From a virus, in the IMG/VR virus record IMGVR_UViG_3300028840_002524, positions 1 through 64,000 of that record: a DNA stretch of 64,000 nucleotides, one strand, 5' to 3'. The notes beneath the pieces are model-generated. The model was not told where the DNA came from. It made no database searches and worked only from the letters and a program-made list of their open reading frames with translations. Of this stretch, positions 28,054 to 39,397 are shown one piece after another. The position numbers and the translations under genes were made by a program. Numbering within the stretch: position 1 is the stretch's first letter; each line of letters begins with the position of its first letter.

Positions 28054-28281
28054 ATGGCGAAGAAGAAAGCGACCAAAAAGGGGCCAGCCAAGAAGAAGGT
28101 CAAGAAAAAGGCAGTGCCCAAACGAAAGACCGGTCGCAAGAAGAAAGTCGCCAAGAAGAAGTCCCAACGCGGTGGGAAGGGTAGGAAGTTCGCCAAAGCG
28201 AAAGCTGCCCCGGGCCGCAAAAAGGCCAAGCGCAAGGAACAGGAAGAGACAGAAAAACCGAAGTACGGTCAAGGCGAATAA
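28054..28281 (+). CDS. Small Lys-rich basic protein (histone H1-like composition)
   Basis: MAKKKATKKGPAKKKVKKK...; between the capsid gene and the terminator. Confidence 0.75.
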   Translation: MAKKKATKKGPAKKKVKKKAVPKRKTGRKKKVAKKKSQRGGKGRKFAKAKAAPGRKKAKRKEQEETEKPKYGQGE

Positions 28282-28287
28282 CGGACA

Positions 28288-28326
28288 GGGACGGGGCTCC
28301 TTCGGGAGCCCCTCCCGCCGTTTCTT
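28288..28326 (+). terminator. Rho-independent terminator
   Basis: Stem GGGGCTCC-TTCG-GGAGCCCC (cUUCGg tetraloop) followed by a T-rich tail. Confidence 0.8.
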
Positions 28327-28344
28327 CTACGATGAGCAGAGCGT

Positions 28345-29448
28345 GTGCTGACAGTGGAACCCAAGGCGCAGAAGTGCCACATCGCATTCAAGGGCGACCT
28401 GTGGTGTCCCTTTCCCCTGAAGCTTGACACATACCAGGGGTGCGGCCATTCGTGCCTCTATTGCTCTGCCCGCCTCCAGCGCCGCACGGCCTACCAGCGC
28501 ACCTTCCACGTCCCGCGCTCCATCCCGAGCCTCAAGCGCCAAGTCTCCGGGAAAACAGGCACCACGGCCTGGAAACTTGTCCAGGAGGGCATGACTTTCC
28601 AGTGGGGCTACGCGGCTGACCCTTTCCCGCCCATCGAATCCGAGTACGGGACCTCCCTCGACGCCCTCCGGATCTTCTCTCACCTGGGCGTCTCCTTCTC
28701 CCTCTGCACCAAGTCGGTGATCCCCGGGGAGAAGCCCTACCTGGAGGAGTTCAAGAAGCTGGGGAACCGCGTGCTCTTCCGCATGTCCTTCTCGACCCTC
28801 GACGATGCGGCAGCGGCCGTCATCGAGCCGAACGCGCCGCCTCCCTCCGAGCGCCTCGCCCTCCTCGAACGGTTGACGGACCTGGGCGTCAATACACTCG
28901 CCCGGCTCTCGCCCACCATTCCGGGCACCACCTTCGAACGGGTGACCCCCGAGGAGATTGCCAAGACGCTCCGACGGCTGCGGACCGCGTGCCGGTACGT
29001 GAACTTCCACCCGTTGCAGGTGGACTTCCGGTCCGAGAAAACAGCGTGGGTCCCTATGTTCGACGCTCTCGGGCTGCGGTACCACACCTGGAAAGCCCGG
29101 TTTGTGCGGCATGCGAAAGGCCGGGCAAGCCACTTCCTGACCCCGACGGATTCCTGGCGCTCGATGCTCATCAAGAACGCCCGGACGGCTGCGCAGGCCG
29201 AGGGGGTCGAGGTCGGGTTCGATTCCGGGCCCGGCACCCTCGGCGCGTTCTCCTCGGACGGCGCCACGTGCTGCGGGTCCTGGGATGGGATCAAACACAA
29301 CCCCGACGCCATCATTCCCATGGTGAAGGACGGTAGGGTAAACTCTATGAAGTTTGAGCGGGCGTTCTCGCTCCCGCCGAAACACTACGCCGAGGTTCGC
29401 TCGGCTATTTACTCTCTATTCGAAAAGGCCAGAAAGGCGCGGGCATGA
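28345..29448 (+). CDS. Radical SAM protein (spore photoproduct lyase-like family)
   Basis: DTYQGCGHSCLYC (CxxxCxxC), DPFPPIE, TKS and IEPNAPPPSERL motifs. Confidence 0.85.
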   Translation: MLTVEPKAQKCHIAFKGDLWCPFPLKLDTYQGCGHSCLYCSARLQRRTAYQRTFHVPRSIPSLKRQVSGKTGTTAWKLVQEGMTFQWGYAADPFPPIESEYGTSLDALRIFSHLGVSFSLCTKSVIPGEKPYLEEFKKLGNRVLFRMSFSTLDDAAAAVIEPNAPPPSERLALLERLTDLGVNTLARLSPTIPGTTFERVTPEEIAKTLRRLRTACRYVNFHPLQVDFRSEKTAWVPMFDALGLRYHTWKARFVRHAKGRASHFLTPTDSWRSMLIKNARTAAQAEGVEVGFDSGPGTLGAFSSDGATCCGSWDGIKHNPDAIIPMVKDGRVNSMKFERAFSLPPKHYAEVRSAIYSLFEKARKARA

Positions 29449-30317
29449 ATATCTGGCACGAGAAACTGGACGTGGCGCTCATCGAGCCCCACCCGGATAA
29501 CGCCAACGAGCAGGTGGAACACGTGTTCAACACGCTCACGGCCAACATCCGATCCAGGGGGATGCTCAGCACCCCGCTCGTGCGCGTGGTCGCCTATACG
29601 GGGAAAGGTAAGAATCGGAAGCCGTCCCGCTACCAGTGCGTGGACGGCCACCACAGGATCGAGGCGTACAAGGCCGCCGGGCACACGGACCCTCTCCTCT
29701 GCATCGTCACCGACATGACGGACAAGGAAGCGGCCGAGCACCTCATGTCCATGAACAACCTCTCGGGCGAGCCCAACCCCAAGAAGCTCGGCGCCCTGAT
29801 CGACAAGATGCTGAACGAGCTCGGGTCCACGGCCGTCGAGATCGCGCAGCACACGGCCTACTCTCCTTCCGAGATCGACGCTTTCCTCGCCGAGGCCGCA
29901 GACGCGGCGGATGCTTTCACCGGCCTCGACGTGGGTGGCGGCCCTTCCCCGGCCGAGGGGGAGGGGGAGGAGGACGTAGAGCAGTGGACCTTCTACGTGG
30001 AAGAGAACCAGGGGCAGGTGATCCACCGGGCCCTGGAGCAGGCCAAGAAGCTAAACAAGACGGAGAGCGAGAACCCGGAGGCCGACGCCCTGGAGTTCGT
30101 GTGCTCCTTCTTCCTTTCGAAGAAGAGCAAGAACCTGGAGGACGGCGTGCTCCTGACGGTCCCTCTCCCTACAAAGCAGCAATTCCTTGACCTTTGGGAG
30201 CGGTTCCGGGCCGCGAATCCGGGCAAGGATATGGAGGATTTCCTATACACTCTCATGGGACCGCTGGAGGAAACCCTCCCTGAAATCGTCGCCGGGGGTA
30301 AGGTCGCCAAGGTGTGA
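29445..30317 (+). CDS. ParB-like nuclease-domain protein
   Basis: IEPHPDNAN...CVDGHHR; ATGA overlap with the radical SAM gene. Confidence 0.82.
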   Translation: MNIWHEKLDVALIEPHPDNANEQVEHVFNTLTANIRSRGMLSTPLVRVVAYTGKGKNRKPSRYQCVDGHHRIEAYKAAGHTDPLLCIVTDMTDKEAAEHLMSMNNLSGEPNPKKLGALIDKMLNELGSTAVEIAQHTAYSPSEIDAFLAEAADAADAFTGLDVGGGPSPAEGEGEEDVEQWTFYVEENQGQVIHRALEQAKKLNKTESENPEADALEFVCSFFLSKKSKNLEDGVLLTVPLPTKQQFLDLWERFRAANPGKDMEDFLYTLMGPLEETLPEIVAGGKVAKV

Positions 30318-30371
30318 GCCCTCGGATAAAATAGGTGGGGCATCGTATGTAACGCTTTTAGGAGTAGAACC

Positions 30372-30872
30372 ATGGTGAAGTACAAGGACCCTTACGGCCG
30401 TACCGAGGAAACCATCGCAGCCTGGGCAGAGATCAAGCCCGAGGACAGGCAGGAGATGGAGGTCGCGGAGATCGCCAAGGTACGCGGAATGGAAGTGAAT
30501 CGGTTCATCAACGCCGGTCGCTCCTCCATCATTTTGCCCGCCAGCGCCGAGAGCGGCGGCAGCGGACACGGCTCGCGTCTCGATCCGGGCGACTTCGTGG
30601 ACGGCGCGTACTACGAGAAGTGCCTCAAGCACGCCCAGGGACTCATGCGGCTGTGCTTCGTGGACGACAAGCTTCTCGACGACCTCGCCAAGCAGAAGCG
30701 CATCCGGGACGGCGAGGAATTCCCCGACTGGGTGAAAGAGGCAAAGTCCCAGCTCGACAAGGAGGGAGGCACCAAGGCCAAGCACACGGAGCAGTTCATG
30801 GAGAACGATCCCGTGGACCGGCTGGCCCAGGTGCAGGCCGAAGGTCGCCCTCACGCGAGCGAAGAACGATAG
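30372..30872 (+). CDS. Hypothetical protein
   Basis: AGGAG RBS, coding bias. Confidence 0.7.
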   Translation: MVKYKDPYGRTEETIAAWAEIKPEDRQEMEVAEIAKVRGMEVNRFINAGRSSIILPASAESGGSGHGSRLDPGDFVDGAYYEKCLKHAQGLMRLCFVDDKLLDDLAKQKRIRDGEEFPDWVKEAKSQLDKEGGTKAKHTEQFMENDPVDRLAQVQAEGRPHASEER

Positions 30873-30910
30873 GCTTCGGGCGATCCGACGCCTAAAAGGA
30901 GGAAAGAAGC

Positions 30911-31408
30911 ATGGCAAAGCACCAGTACAGGGTCGCCGCGAGGGGTTCCCTAATTCTCCCCATGGAGAACGGCGGGACCAAGCGGCTGGAGCCGGGCCAG
31001 ATCGTCACCGGTCCCCACTTCGCCAAGTTCGTGGGGAAGGGCCTCATGCCCGTGATGGACACGCCCCCCAAGCCGAAAGCGGCGCAACTCCCTGCCCCGT
31101 TCGTCAAGGCCGATGAGAAGGAGGCCCCCGAGGCCCCCGAGGCCGACGAACAGGAGGAGGCTCCCAAGGGCGAAGAGGTCGAAAGATCCGCACCGGCCGA
31201 AGAGCCCGTGGCCGAGCCTGAGCCCGAACCCGAACCGGAGACGGAGGAGGAACCGGAACCCAAAGGGGACTCCCTCCCGGCGAGCAAGTCCGAGCTCAAG
31301 AAGATGAACAAGGAATCCCTCACGGCCCTCGCAACGGAGCTGGGCCTCGACTCCGAGGGAACCAACAAGGAAATCGCGGCGCGGATCGCCAAGGATTTGG
31401 GCCTGTAA
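30911..31408 (+). CDS. Protein with an acidic Pro/Glu linker and a C-terminal Rho-N/HeH-like helical domain
   Basis: SELKKMNKESLTALATELGLDSEGTNKEIAARI; AGGAGG RBS. Confidence 0.7.
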   Translation: MAKHQYRVAARGSLILPMENGGTKRLEPGQIVTGPHFAKFVGKGLMPVMDTPPKPKAAQLPAPFVKADEKEAPEAPEADEQEEAPKGEEVERSAPAEEPVAEPEPEPEPETEEEPEPKGDSLPASKSELKKMNKESLTALATELGLDSEGTNKEIAARIAKDLGL

Positions 31409-31409
31409 T

Positions 31410-32114
31410 ATGGTGACCCAAGCGGAAATGCGCCGTTACATCCTCGATTCCCTCGCGGATGAAGGGGTGGACGTGGAGCTCAATGAGCGGCAGCTCGACA
31501 CGTCGATTCGCAAGGCGCTCCAGCTCTGGACCAAGTACAACCCGATGCGCCGGTGGATCAACCTCGGCGACATCGGACCGGCCCTCACGACCACCTACAC
31601 TCCTTCCGAGGATGAGGTGGGAATCGCGGGCGTGGTCGATGTTCGCTTCATGGACATCGACCCGCAGACCAGACCGTACATCACCCCTTCCACCTACGAG
31701 CTAAGGTGGGGGATGAGGGGGCCTCGCCTGTTCTTCGAGCTTCACGTGGCCGAGCGCCGCATGGAGCGTTTCACAGGCGAGGCTCCGGACTGGTACTGGG
31801 AGGAAGAGGAGGGGGTCCTCTACATCTACAATCCCATCCGTCCGGTCAAGGTGATGGCCCTCTTTCTGAAAAAGGTTCGGATCGAGGACATCAAGGAATA
31901 CCAGATGGACGAGTTCGAGATCGCCTGCGTGGCCGAAGCCAAGTTCCTACTGGCTCGGATACTCGGCAAGTTCGGACCCATCCCAGGCGCGGACGGGGAA
32001 ATTCAAACCGACGCCGACCGTCTCAGGGAGGAGGCCAAGGAAGAGAAAGGCGAGGTTCGCCGCCGACTGGAACGCTCGCTCAGGTCCGTACCTCCGCCCA
32101 GATATGTGGGTTAA
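31410..32114 (+). CDS. Neck/head-completion protein (T4 gp13-like)
   Basis: YILDSL...VDVELNERQLDTSIRKALQ at the N-terminus; LARILGKFGPIPG...REEAKEE at the C-terminus. Confidence 0.75.
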   Translation: MVTQAEMRRYILDSLADEGVDVELNERQLDTSIRKALQLWTKYNPMRRWINLGDIGPALTTTYTPSEDEVGIAGVVDVRFMDIDPQTRPYITPSTYELRWGMRGPRLFFELHVAERRMERFTGEAPDWYWEEEEGVLYIYNPIRPVKVMALFLKKVRIEDIKEYQMDEFEIACVAEAKFLLARILGKFGPIPGADGEIQTDADRLREEAKEEKGEVRRRLERSLRSVPPPRYVG

Positions 32115-32147
32115 ACAACGTAAACCGTTTGAGAGGAGGAAACTACT

Positions 32148-32882
32148 ATGGGTCTCGACACTCTGACAAGGGAAGGAACCCCTTATGCACGCGGATCTTC
32201 GTTCAACGCCCTGGTGCAGATCCTACAGAACGCGGGCATCGCCGTGGACAAAGGCGGCGCTGGCGTCGGATGGGTGCGGTTCGCCGCGCAGCCCCTCGCC
32301 GACGACACCCTGACGATCAACGGGCGCGTCTACTGCTTCGATCCCACGGGCGGGGCCCCGGCCTACGACGTTGCCGTCACCATCGGCGCGGCCGTGACCA
32401 ACACCATCGACAACCTTCTGGCGGAGATCAACGCCGACGCGGACACCCGCTGCCACGCAGCGAAGGGCGCGGGCGCGGTGGTCTGCATGCTCCAGTCCAC
32501 GGACACGGGACCGACCTCGAACTTCGCCTTGGCGGAGTCCACGGCCGGTGTCCGGATGATCCTGAGCGCCGCAGCAGCGGTCGGCGGGGAAGCCAAGAAC
32601 GCCATCCCCACCATCCGCAAGGCCACCTACGAGGTGACGGCCGCCGACGTGGCGTCCCTCGCAATCCCGGCCGAGCTGCCCGTCGCCACCTTCCCGGGAA
32701 CCGTCGCCCCCACGGTCATCGTGGTGGGAGTCGTGACCTCGGCCGGTGTGGTGGTCCCGCTGACGGTCGCCATCACGCTCGTGTGGAGGCAGTTCAACTC
32801 CGGATTCTGGACCCTGTGCATCCAGGACTCGGCAGCGGTGCTCACGGCCGCCGACGTGGTGTCCGTGCTGGTGATCTCGTAG
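32148..32882 (+). CDS. Putative virion structural/decoration protein
   Basis: GAGGAG RBS; Ala/Val/Thr-rich beta composition; followed by a terminator. Confidence 0.6.
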   Translation: MGLDTLTREGTPYARGSSFNALVQILQNAGIAVDKGGAGVGWVRFAAQPLADDTLTINGRVYCFDPTGGAPAYDVAVTIGAAVTNTIDNLLAEINADADTRCHAAKGAGAVVCMLQSTDTGPTSNFALAESTAGVRMILSAAAAVGGEAKNAIPTIRKATYEVTAADVASLAIPAELPVATFPGTVAPTVIVVGVVTSAGVVVPLTVAITLVWRQFNSGFWTLCIQDSAAVLTAADVVSVLVIS

Positions 32883-32900
32883 GGACAACTTTTGCGTTCT

Positions 32901-32938
32901 GAGGGGACGGGGGCGCTTCTGCGCCCCCTCCCTCTTTC
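32901..32938 (+). terminator. Putative Rho-independent terminator
   Basis: GGGGGCGC-TTCT-GCGCCCCC stem extended by GAGGG/CCCTC, then TTT. Confidence 0.6.
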
Positions 32939-32960
32939 GGCTTGATACTTATGGCCGTCC

Positions 32961-33518
32961 ATGGAACTTCCCGTCTATTTTCCCGTCACCGAGGGGGACA
33001 TCAAACGGGGAATTCGCTCCCCGAACCTCGGCGGCCATAGCTTCCCGTGCAGCGCGACGAATGCGTTCTACGGGATTGAGCCCACAGATTCGATCAAGCA
33101 GGCTTTCGAGAAGCTCTTTCCCGGCGGCGGCCCGGGAACGGACGATGTTGAGTACATTTTTACCTCCACACGAAGCACACCCCAGGGCGGAATACTTTAT
33201 CTTGAAATAGGAAACGTCACCTGCATGCGTGCTGGTGTCACGGCCATTTCGGCCACGAACCTTACAGGAATCTCGGTGCGCGTAGACGCGGCCGATGGAG
33301 GACGGGATTTCGATTTCGAGGTGGTGACCGCCCCAAGCAGCGCCACCCCGACACCCATCGGGGCGCTGTCCCTCAGCGGCGCCCTGTCGAATCAAAGAGA
33401 CGACTTAAACGTAGCGATCCCGGCGGGAACCGAGTGGGGTGTTCGGGTTGTTCAAACGAGCGGTTCCGGACGCTCTTCTTTCCGTAAGATGGTAGTAGCA
33501 GTTCGACTGAGGAATTAA
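32961..33518 (+). CDS. Fibre-tip-like protein, paralogous to the C-terminal domain of the collagen protein
   Basis: GISVRVDA...GVRVVQTSGSGRSSF is shared with 33522-35243. Confidence 0.65.
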   Translation: MELPVYFPVTEGDIKRGIRSPNLGGHSFPCSATNAFYGIEPTDSIKQAFEKLFPGGGPGTDDVEYIFTSTRSTPQGGILYLEIGNVTCMRAGVTAISATNLTGISVRVDAADGGRDFDFEVVTAPSSATPTPIGALSLSGALSNQRDDLNVAIPAGTEWGVRVVQTSGSGRSSFRKMVVAVRLRN

Positions 33519-33521
33519 CAC

Positions 33522-35243
<1,722 letters not shown>

Positions 35244-35244
35244 G

Positions 35245-36369
35245 GTGTCGATTGTTCTCGTGGTCAAAAATGAGGGCACAGAAGACGTTCTCATCGAGGA
35301 CCTCGGGTTCACTATTTCCGGAGAATCCCAGGAGCAGGTGAATGACCTGTTCGACATCCGGAGCTTTCTTCTCTCGGAGAATTTGCGGCAGTTTGCGCTG
35401 GCGGGAACGCTCAAGCTCAACGACGGGACATCCGACATCCCCGTTTCCGAGGTGGACGATTTCATTCAGTACCACAACACGGGCCCTGATCAGGCCCATG
35501 AGGTGGCGGTAGACGCAACCGAGTTCAGCGGCCATCTTGGAACCGGGGACAGCGACGTACAGGCGGCCCTGCGAACCCTCGATCAGCTCCCGATCTCCGG
35601 TGTGACGGGCCCCACGGGTCCGGACGTGCACAATGATCTCACCGGCCGAGACACCTACCCGGCCCACCCGGATAGCGCCCTCAGCCGTTCCGTGCAGAAC
35701 AAGTCCGACAATTACACAATGGTCCTGTCGGATTTCGGAACCACCCTGCGGTTCACGAACTCCACCCAGAAAACGCTCACCCTCTACTCCCTTTCGGGAA
35801 CCGAGACCGGGCGCGAGGTGGAGGTGATCCGGACAGGGACGGGGAGTCTCCTCCTGGCAGTCCCCTCGGGATATACGCTGTACTTCCTCGGCGTGCAGTA
35901 CACGGGGGCCGCGACGGTCGAGATCAACGAGCAATGGAGGCGCATTCAGCTTCGGGCGATCTCGGCGACGGAATGGGAGGCGAGCCTCGACGCCTTGGCG
36001 TTCAACGAGTGGAGCTCTGAGGTGTCCGATGACGGCGAGTCCACCACCACATCACAGACGTTGCAGACGAAGCTATCCCACACGACAGAGGAACTCCCGG
36101 CTGGAAAATACAGGGTGGGATATGGGTGTGAGTACGGGAATAACATCCAGAAAGCCACCGAGGTCACCGTCGAGGTCGAGGGTTCCACCGTCGCGCTCGT
36201 GCAATCGTCTGTCACCGAGGGGGATTACTGGAATCCGTTCGCAGGATTTTATTACTACGACCTTGCAGCCGACGGAACCATCACCGTTGATCTCAAATAT
36301 AGGAACCTTGACACCGGCGGAACCGCGAGGATTCGCTGCGCACGGATTGAGGTATGGAGGGTGGAGTAG
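35245..36369 (+). CDS. Fibre-associated protein sharing its N-terminal domain with the collagen protein
   Basis: VKNEG...DLGF...AGTLKLNDGT...FIQYHNTG matches the collagen N-terminus. Confidence 0.7.
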   Translation: MSIVLVVKNEGTEDVLIEDLGFTISGESQEQVNDLFDIRSFLLSENLRQFALAGTLKLNDGTSDIPVSEVDDFIQYHNTGPDQAHEVAVDATEFSGHLGTGDSDVQAALRTLDQLPISGVTGPTGPDVHNDLTGRDTYPAHPDSALSRSVQNKSDNYTMVLSDFGTTLRFTNSTQKTLTLYSLSGTETGREVEVIRTGTGSLLLAVPSGYTLYFLGVQYTGAATVEINEQWRRIQLRAISATEWEASLDALAFNEWSSEVSDDGESTTTSQTLQTKLSHTTEELPAGKYRVGYGCEYGNNIQKATEVTVEVEGSTVALVQSSVTEGDYWNPFAGFYYYDLAADGTITVDLKYRNLDTGGTARIRCARIEVWRVE

Positions 36370-37268
36370 TGGCGAACGCTTCGTACACGTACACGGTTCC
36401 CGGGTCGTTTCCGAACGGGAAGGTAGCGCCCGCCCGCTTGGACAAAGAGATCCGCGAGTCGGCCATCGTTACCGCCCTCGATGGAGTCTCCACCGGGGGG
36501 ACGACGTGCACCGTCACGTTCAAGGCACAGCTCTCCTCGACGGACAAGCAAATTCTCGACGGCGACCCGTCGCAGACGCCGAACCCCGCCACACCGTGCC
36601 CGGTCGGCAGCCTGATCGGGGACCATTCCGGTGAGCCTCTTTCCGAACAGGTCCCCATCCCCGTGCAGCCGGTGGACACGTCTGGGCTCGATCCCGAGAC
36701 GGCCCTCAACTGCACCGAGGGCCTGTACGTCCCGGTCGAGATCGGTGTAAATCCGTCTGTGCTGAACCAGACGTGGCCGTTCCCCATCGACGCAGTGGCC
36801 GCTCGGTACGTGTTCGACAACCCAGAGTGGGAGCTGGGTGACAAGTTCGACGCCTTCGGGATCGGCGCTGGCGATCCGTCCGTAGGCCCGGTGACGGCGC
36901 CCGTCGCGCAGGGTGGCCGCGTGATCCCTGTGTACCCCACGGTTTTCCAGTACGTGCGGCACGGCTTGTTCGTGAAGTTCGGGAACGAGGACAAGGAGTA
37001 CCGCGTGGCCTCCGAGGACCAGCAGGCCGGGACCATCACGATCATGGAGGACCTGGAGGTGGCGCTCAGCGGCGGGGAGGACGTGCGGCTGAGGCGGCCG
37101 TTCGCAATATCCGTCCCGGTCCACAAGGGGGTCCTCTACCCCATCGGCGACCTGACGGCCGGGTCCTCCCTTGTCAGCGCGGGGAACGTGCTGCGCATCC
37201 GGTACCACCACAAGACAGCGCCGCCGTCGGCCTACGAGATAGGAATGGCCCTAATAACCCTCTTTTGA
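36369..37268 (+). CDS. Hypothetical virion protein
   Basis: GTG start overlaps the previous stop, GGAG RBS; beta-rich. Confidence 0.6.
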   Translation: MANASYTYTVPGSFPNGKVAPARLDKEIRESAIVTALDGVSTGGTTCTVTFKAQLSSTDKQILDGDPSQTPNPATPCPVGSLIGDHSGEPLSEQVPIPVQPVDTSGLDPETALNCTEGLYVPVEIGVNPSVLNQTWPFPIDAVAARYVFDNPEWELGDKFDAFGIGAGDPSVGPVTAPVAQGGRVIPVYPTVFQYVRHGLFVKFGNEDKEYRVASEDQQAGTITIMEDLEVALSGGEDVRLRRPFAISVPVHKGVLYPIGDLTAGSSLVSAGNVLRIRYHHKTAPPSAYEIGMALITLF

Positions 37269-37278
37269 GGTAACGACG

Positions 37279-37875
37279 ATGCCCGACGGAAAGTACAACT
37301 ACGCCGACGGCCTCAAAGGCTGCCTCGGGTTTTCTCGCACGAAGGGCGGCGGGTTCGGCGGCTTCCTGTCCCGAGCCATCCGGATGTTCTCGGCCGGGGA
37401 ATGGAGCCACGTGTTCGTGGTCCTCGACCGGGTTCCGGACACAGGCGACTACTACATTATCGAGGCGGCCGAGGCGGGGGTGCAGATCAGCCTGTTCTCG
37501 GAGTACGCCGAGGACAAGAACATCGAGTTCGCCCTCTACAAGCCCAAGGTGTCCGAGGAGGCCATCGCCGAGGGGGTCAGGAAGATCCTCCCACTGAACG
37601 GCCGCGCCTACGGTTACCTCCAGTTCGTGGGGTTCATCCTCGTGTGGCCCTACTACATGGTGACCGGGAAGCGGAGACACAACCCGTTCGGTGGTGGTAT
37701 CATCTGCTCCGAGCTCGGACTCATCTACGCGAGGGGAACGCGGGTGAATCCGCCCGTGTTCGACAGGATGGACCTGAACCTCACGTCTCCCGAGGACCTG
37801 AACGACAACGCCGACACTGACCGTACGCACTGGCTTTTGAAGCTGACACACAAGGGGATTCCAGGATCACTATGA
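37279..37875 (+). CDS. Permuted papain-like NlpC/P60 (YiiX/YebB-like) enzyme
   Basis: WSHV, IIEA, YGY and ICSEL, with His before Cys (permuted order). Confidence 0.8.
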   Translation: MPDGKYNYADGLKGCLGFSRTKGGGFGGFLSRAIRMFSAGEWSHVFVVLDRVPDTGDYYIIEAAEAGVQISLFSEYAEDKNIEFALYKPKVSEEAIAEGVRKILPLNGRAYGYLQFVGFILVWPYYMVTGKRRHNPFGGGIICSELGLIYARGTRVNPPVFDRMDLNLTSPEDLNDNADTDRTHWLLKLTHKGIPGSL

Positions 37876-38870
37876 GCAACGTGATGCTACACGTGCACAA
37901 CGTCTGTATCTTGGGGGGAGTCCCTGCGTTCATCGCGGACCTCGCGGCGGCCTTTCCCCAGTTCACACACGTTGCCCTCCACGTGAAGGATCAGTCTGAG
38001 CGCAGTGCCGAGCAAATGCTGAACCATGACGGGATCACGGTAGCCCACGGTCCGTGCTCCGAGACCGTCATCGAGTCCTTTGACCCTGCCGTCCTCATCC
38101 TCCACAACATCTCAGGCTCCTCCGTAGAGGGGAAAGCTCCTTGGGGCTGGTTACGCCGGTGGCCGACGATATTCTGGCATCACAGCAGAGTACGCCCGGC
38201 CATCGCTGCCGACCTGCATGTATTCGTCTCCGAGCACCTTCGCCGAAGCTACGCCAACTTGCTTGATAGCATGTTCATAAAGCGGTGGAAGGTGGTGCCT
38301 CCGTGCATCCAGACGGGACGTTTCGCAAGGGTCAAGAGAACCACGGAGCGCACCATCGGGAAGCTCGCCACCCCAACGAGGCCAGAGAAATACCCGTTCG
38401 TCCTCCTCAAGGTGGCGAAGCGCGTGAACGCCCGCCTCGTGATGCCCGGGGCAAACAAGTTCTATCCGAACGAGAACGGGCGCCTCATGTCCCTCATCCC
38501 TTCGTGGCACAAGGTCCCGTGGTTCATGTCCAAGATGGGCGTTTTCGTCTACGTGAACGCGCCGAAGTTCGGCCCGGAGACGTGGTGCCGTGGGGTCACA
38601 GAGGCGCTCGCATCCGGGCTCCCTGTGGTGGCAGAGAACCGTGGAGGGATCGCCGAGCAGATCAAGGAGCGCAGTACGGGGTTCTTGGTCCCTCCGGATG
38701 ACGAATACCTCATCTGGGCCCGCGTGGCTGAGCTCTTCGAGAACCCTGACCTCGCCGAAAAGATGGGAGCGGCCGGTAGGAAGTGGGCGCAGGAGAACGC
38801 GGACATCAAGGTGCTGCAACGTGAGCTGACCGGCGACATCCTCGGGATGGTCACGGGGAGGCCCGTCTAA
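37872..38870 (+). CDS. Glycosyltransferase (GT-B, GT4-like)
   Basis: ETWCRGVTEALASGLPVV...GGIAEQI...GFLV (EX7E motif). Confidence 0.88.
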   Translation: MSNVMLHVHNVCILGGVPAFIADLAAAFPQFTHVALHVKDQSERSAEQMLNHDGITVAHGPCSETVIESFDPAVLILHNISGSSVEGKAPWGWLRRWPTIFWHHSRVRPAIAADLHVFVSEHLRRSYANLLDSMFIKRWKVVPPCIQTGRFARVKRTTERTIGKLATPTRPEKYPFVLLKVAKRVNARLVMPGANKFYPNENGRLMSLIPSWHKVPWFMSKMGVFVYVNAPKFGPETWCRGVTEALASGLPVVAENRGGIAEQIKERSTGFLVPPDDEYLIWARVAELFENPDLAEKMGAAGRKWAQENADIKVLQRELTGDILGMVTGRPV

Positions 38871-39397
38871 TGCCCATCTCCTATCCCGACGCGCTGAGCA
38901 GGATCGGATGGAAGATCATCCAGGTGAAGCCCAAGTCCGTCCTTGACATCGGGTGTGGGTGCGGCCTGTACGGCGTTCTCGCCAGGGAATACACGGACAT
39001 TGACCAACGCAGGCTTGAGCCGTCCACGTGGCAGGCACGCATCGAGGCCGTCGAGGTTTTCCCGGCCTATGTTGGGGAGGTCCACGAGTGGGCCTACGAC
39101 CGGGTGTTCATCGGGGACGCGCTCGAAATACTGCCCGACCTTGGGCGCTACGATCTTATAATCTGTGCCGACGTGATCGAACATTTCTCCTTCGAGGATG
39201 GCTCGCGGCTGCTTGACACGATCCGCGACAAGTCCGACCACGCGATCCTGAGCACACCCGCGAAGTGGATCCCGCAGAAGGACGTATTCGGAAACGAGCA
39301 CGAGACGCATCGCCACCACTGGACCGGCGAGCAGCTCTCGCGGTGGGGAACCGTGGTCCAGATAGGAAGCACCCTTGTGCTGGAGATGAGCGCATGA
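38870..39397 (+). CDS. Class I SAM-dependent methyltransferase
   Basis: VLDIGCGCG, YDLIICADVIEH. Confidence 0.88.
   Translation: MPISYPDALSRIGWKIIQVKPKSVLDIGCGCGLYGVLAREYTDIDQRRLEPSTWQARIEAVEVFPAYVGEVHEWAYDRVFIGDALEILPDLGRYDLIICADVIEHFSFEDGSRLLDTIRDKSDHAILSTPAKWIPQKDVFGNEHETHRHHWTGEQLSRWGTVVQIGSTLVLEMSA

Noticed and set aside
30325-30332. T4 late promoter-like GATAAATA
   Set aside because: Single imperfect match to TATAAATA, not seen recurring ahead of other late genes.
31706-32902. Alternative-frame + strand ORFs (31706-32902, 62288-63610, and the 5' extension 51953-52633)
   Set aside because: Arg/Gly-rich off-frame translations overlapping better genes that have an RBS and motifs.
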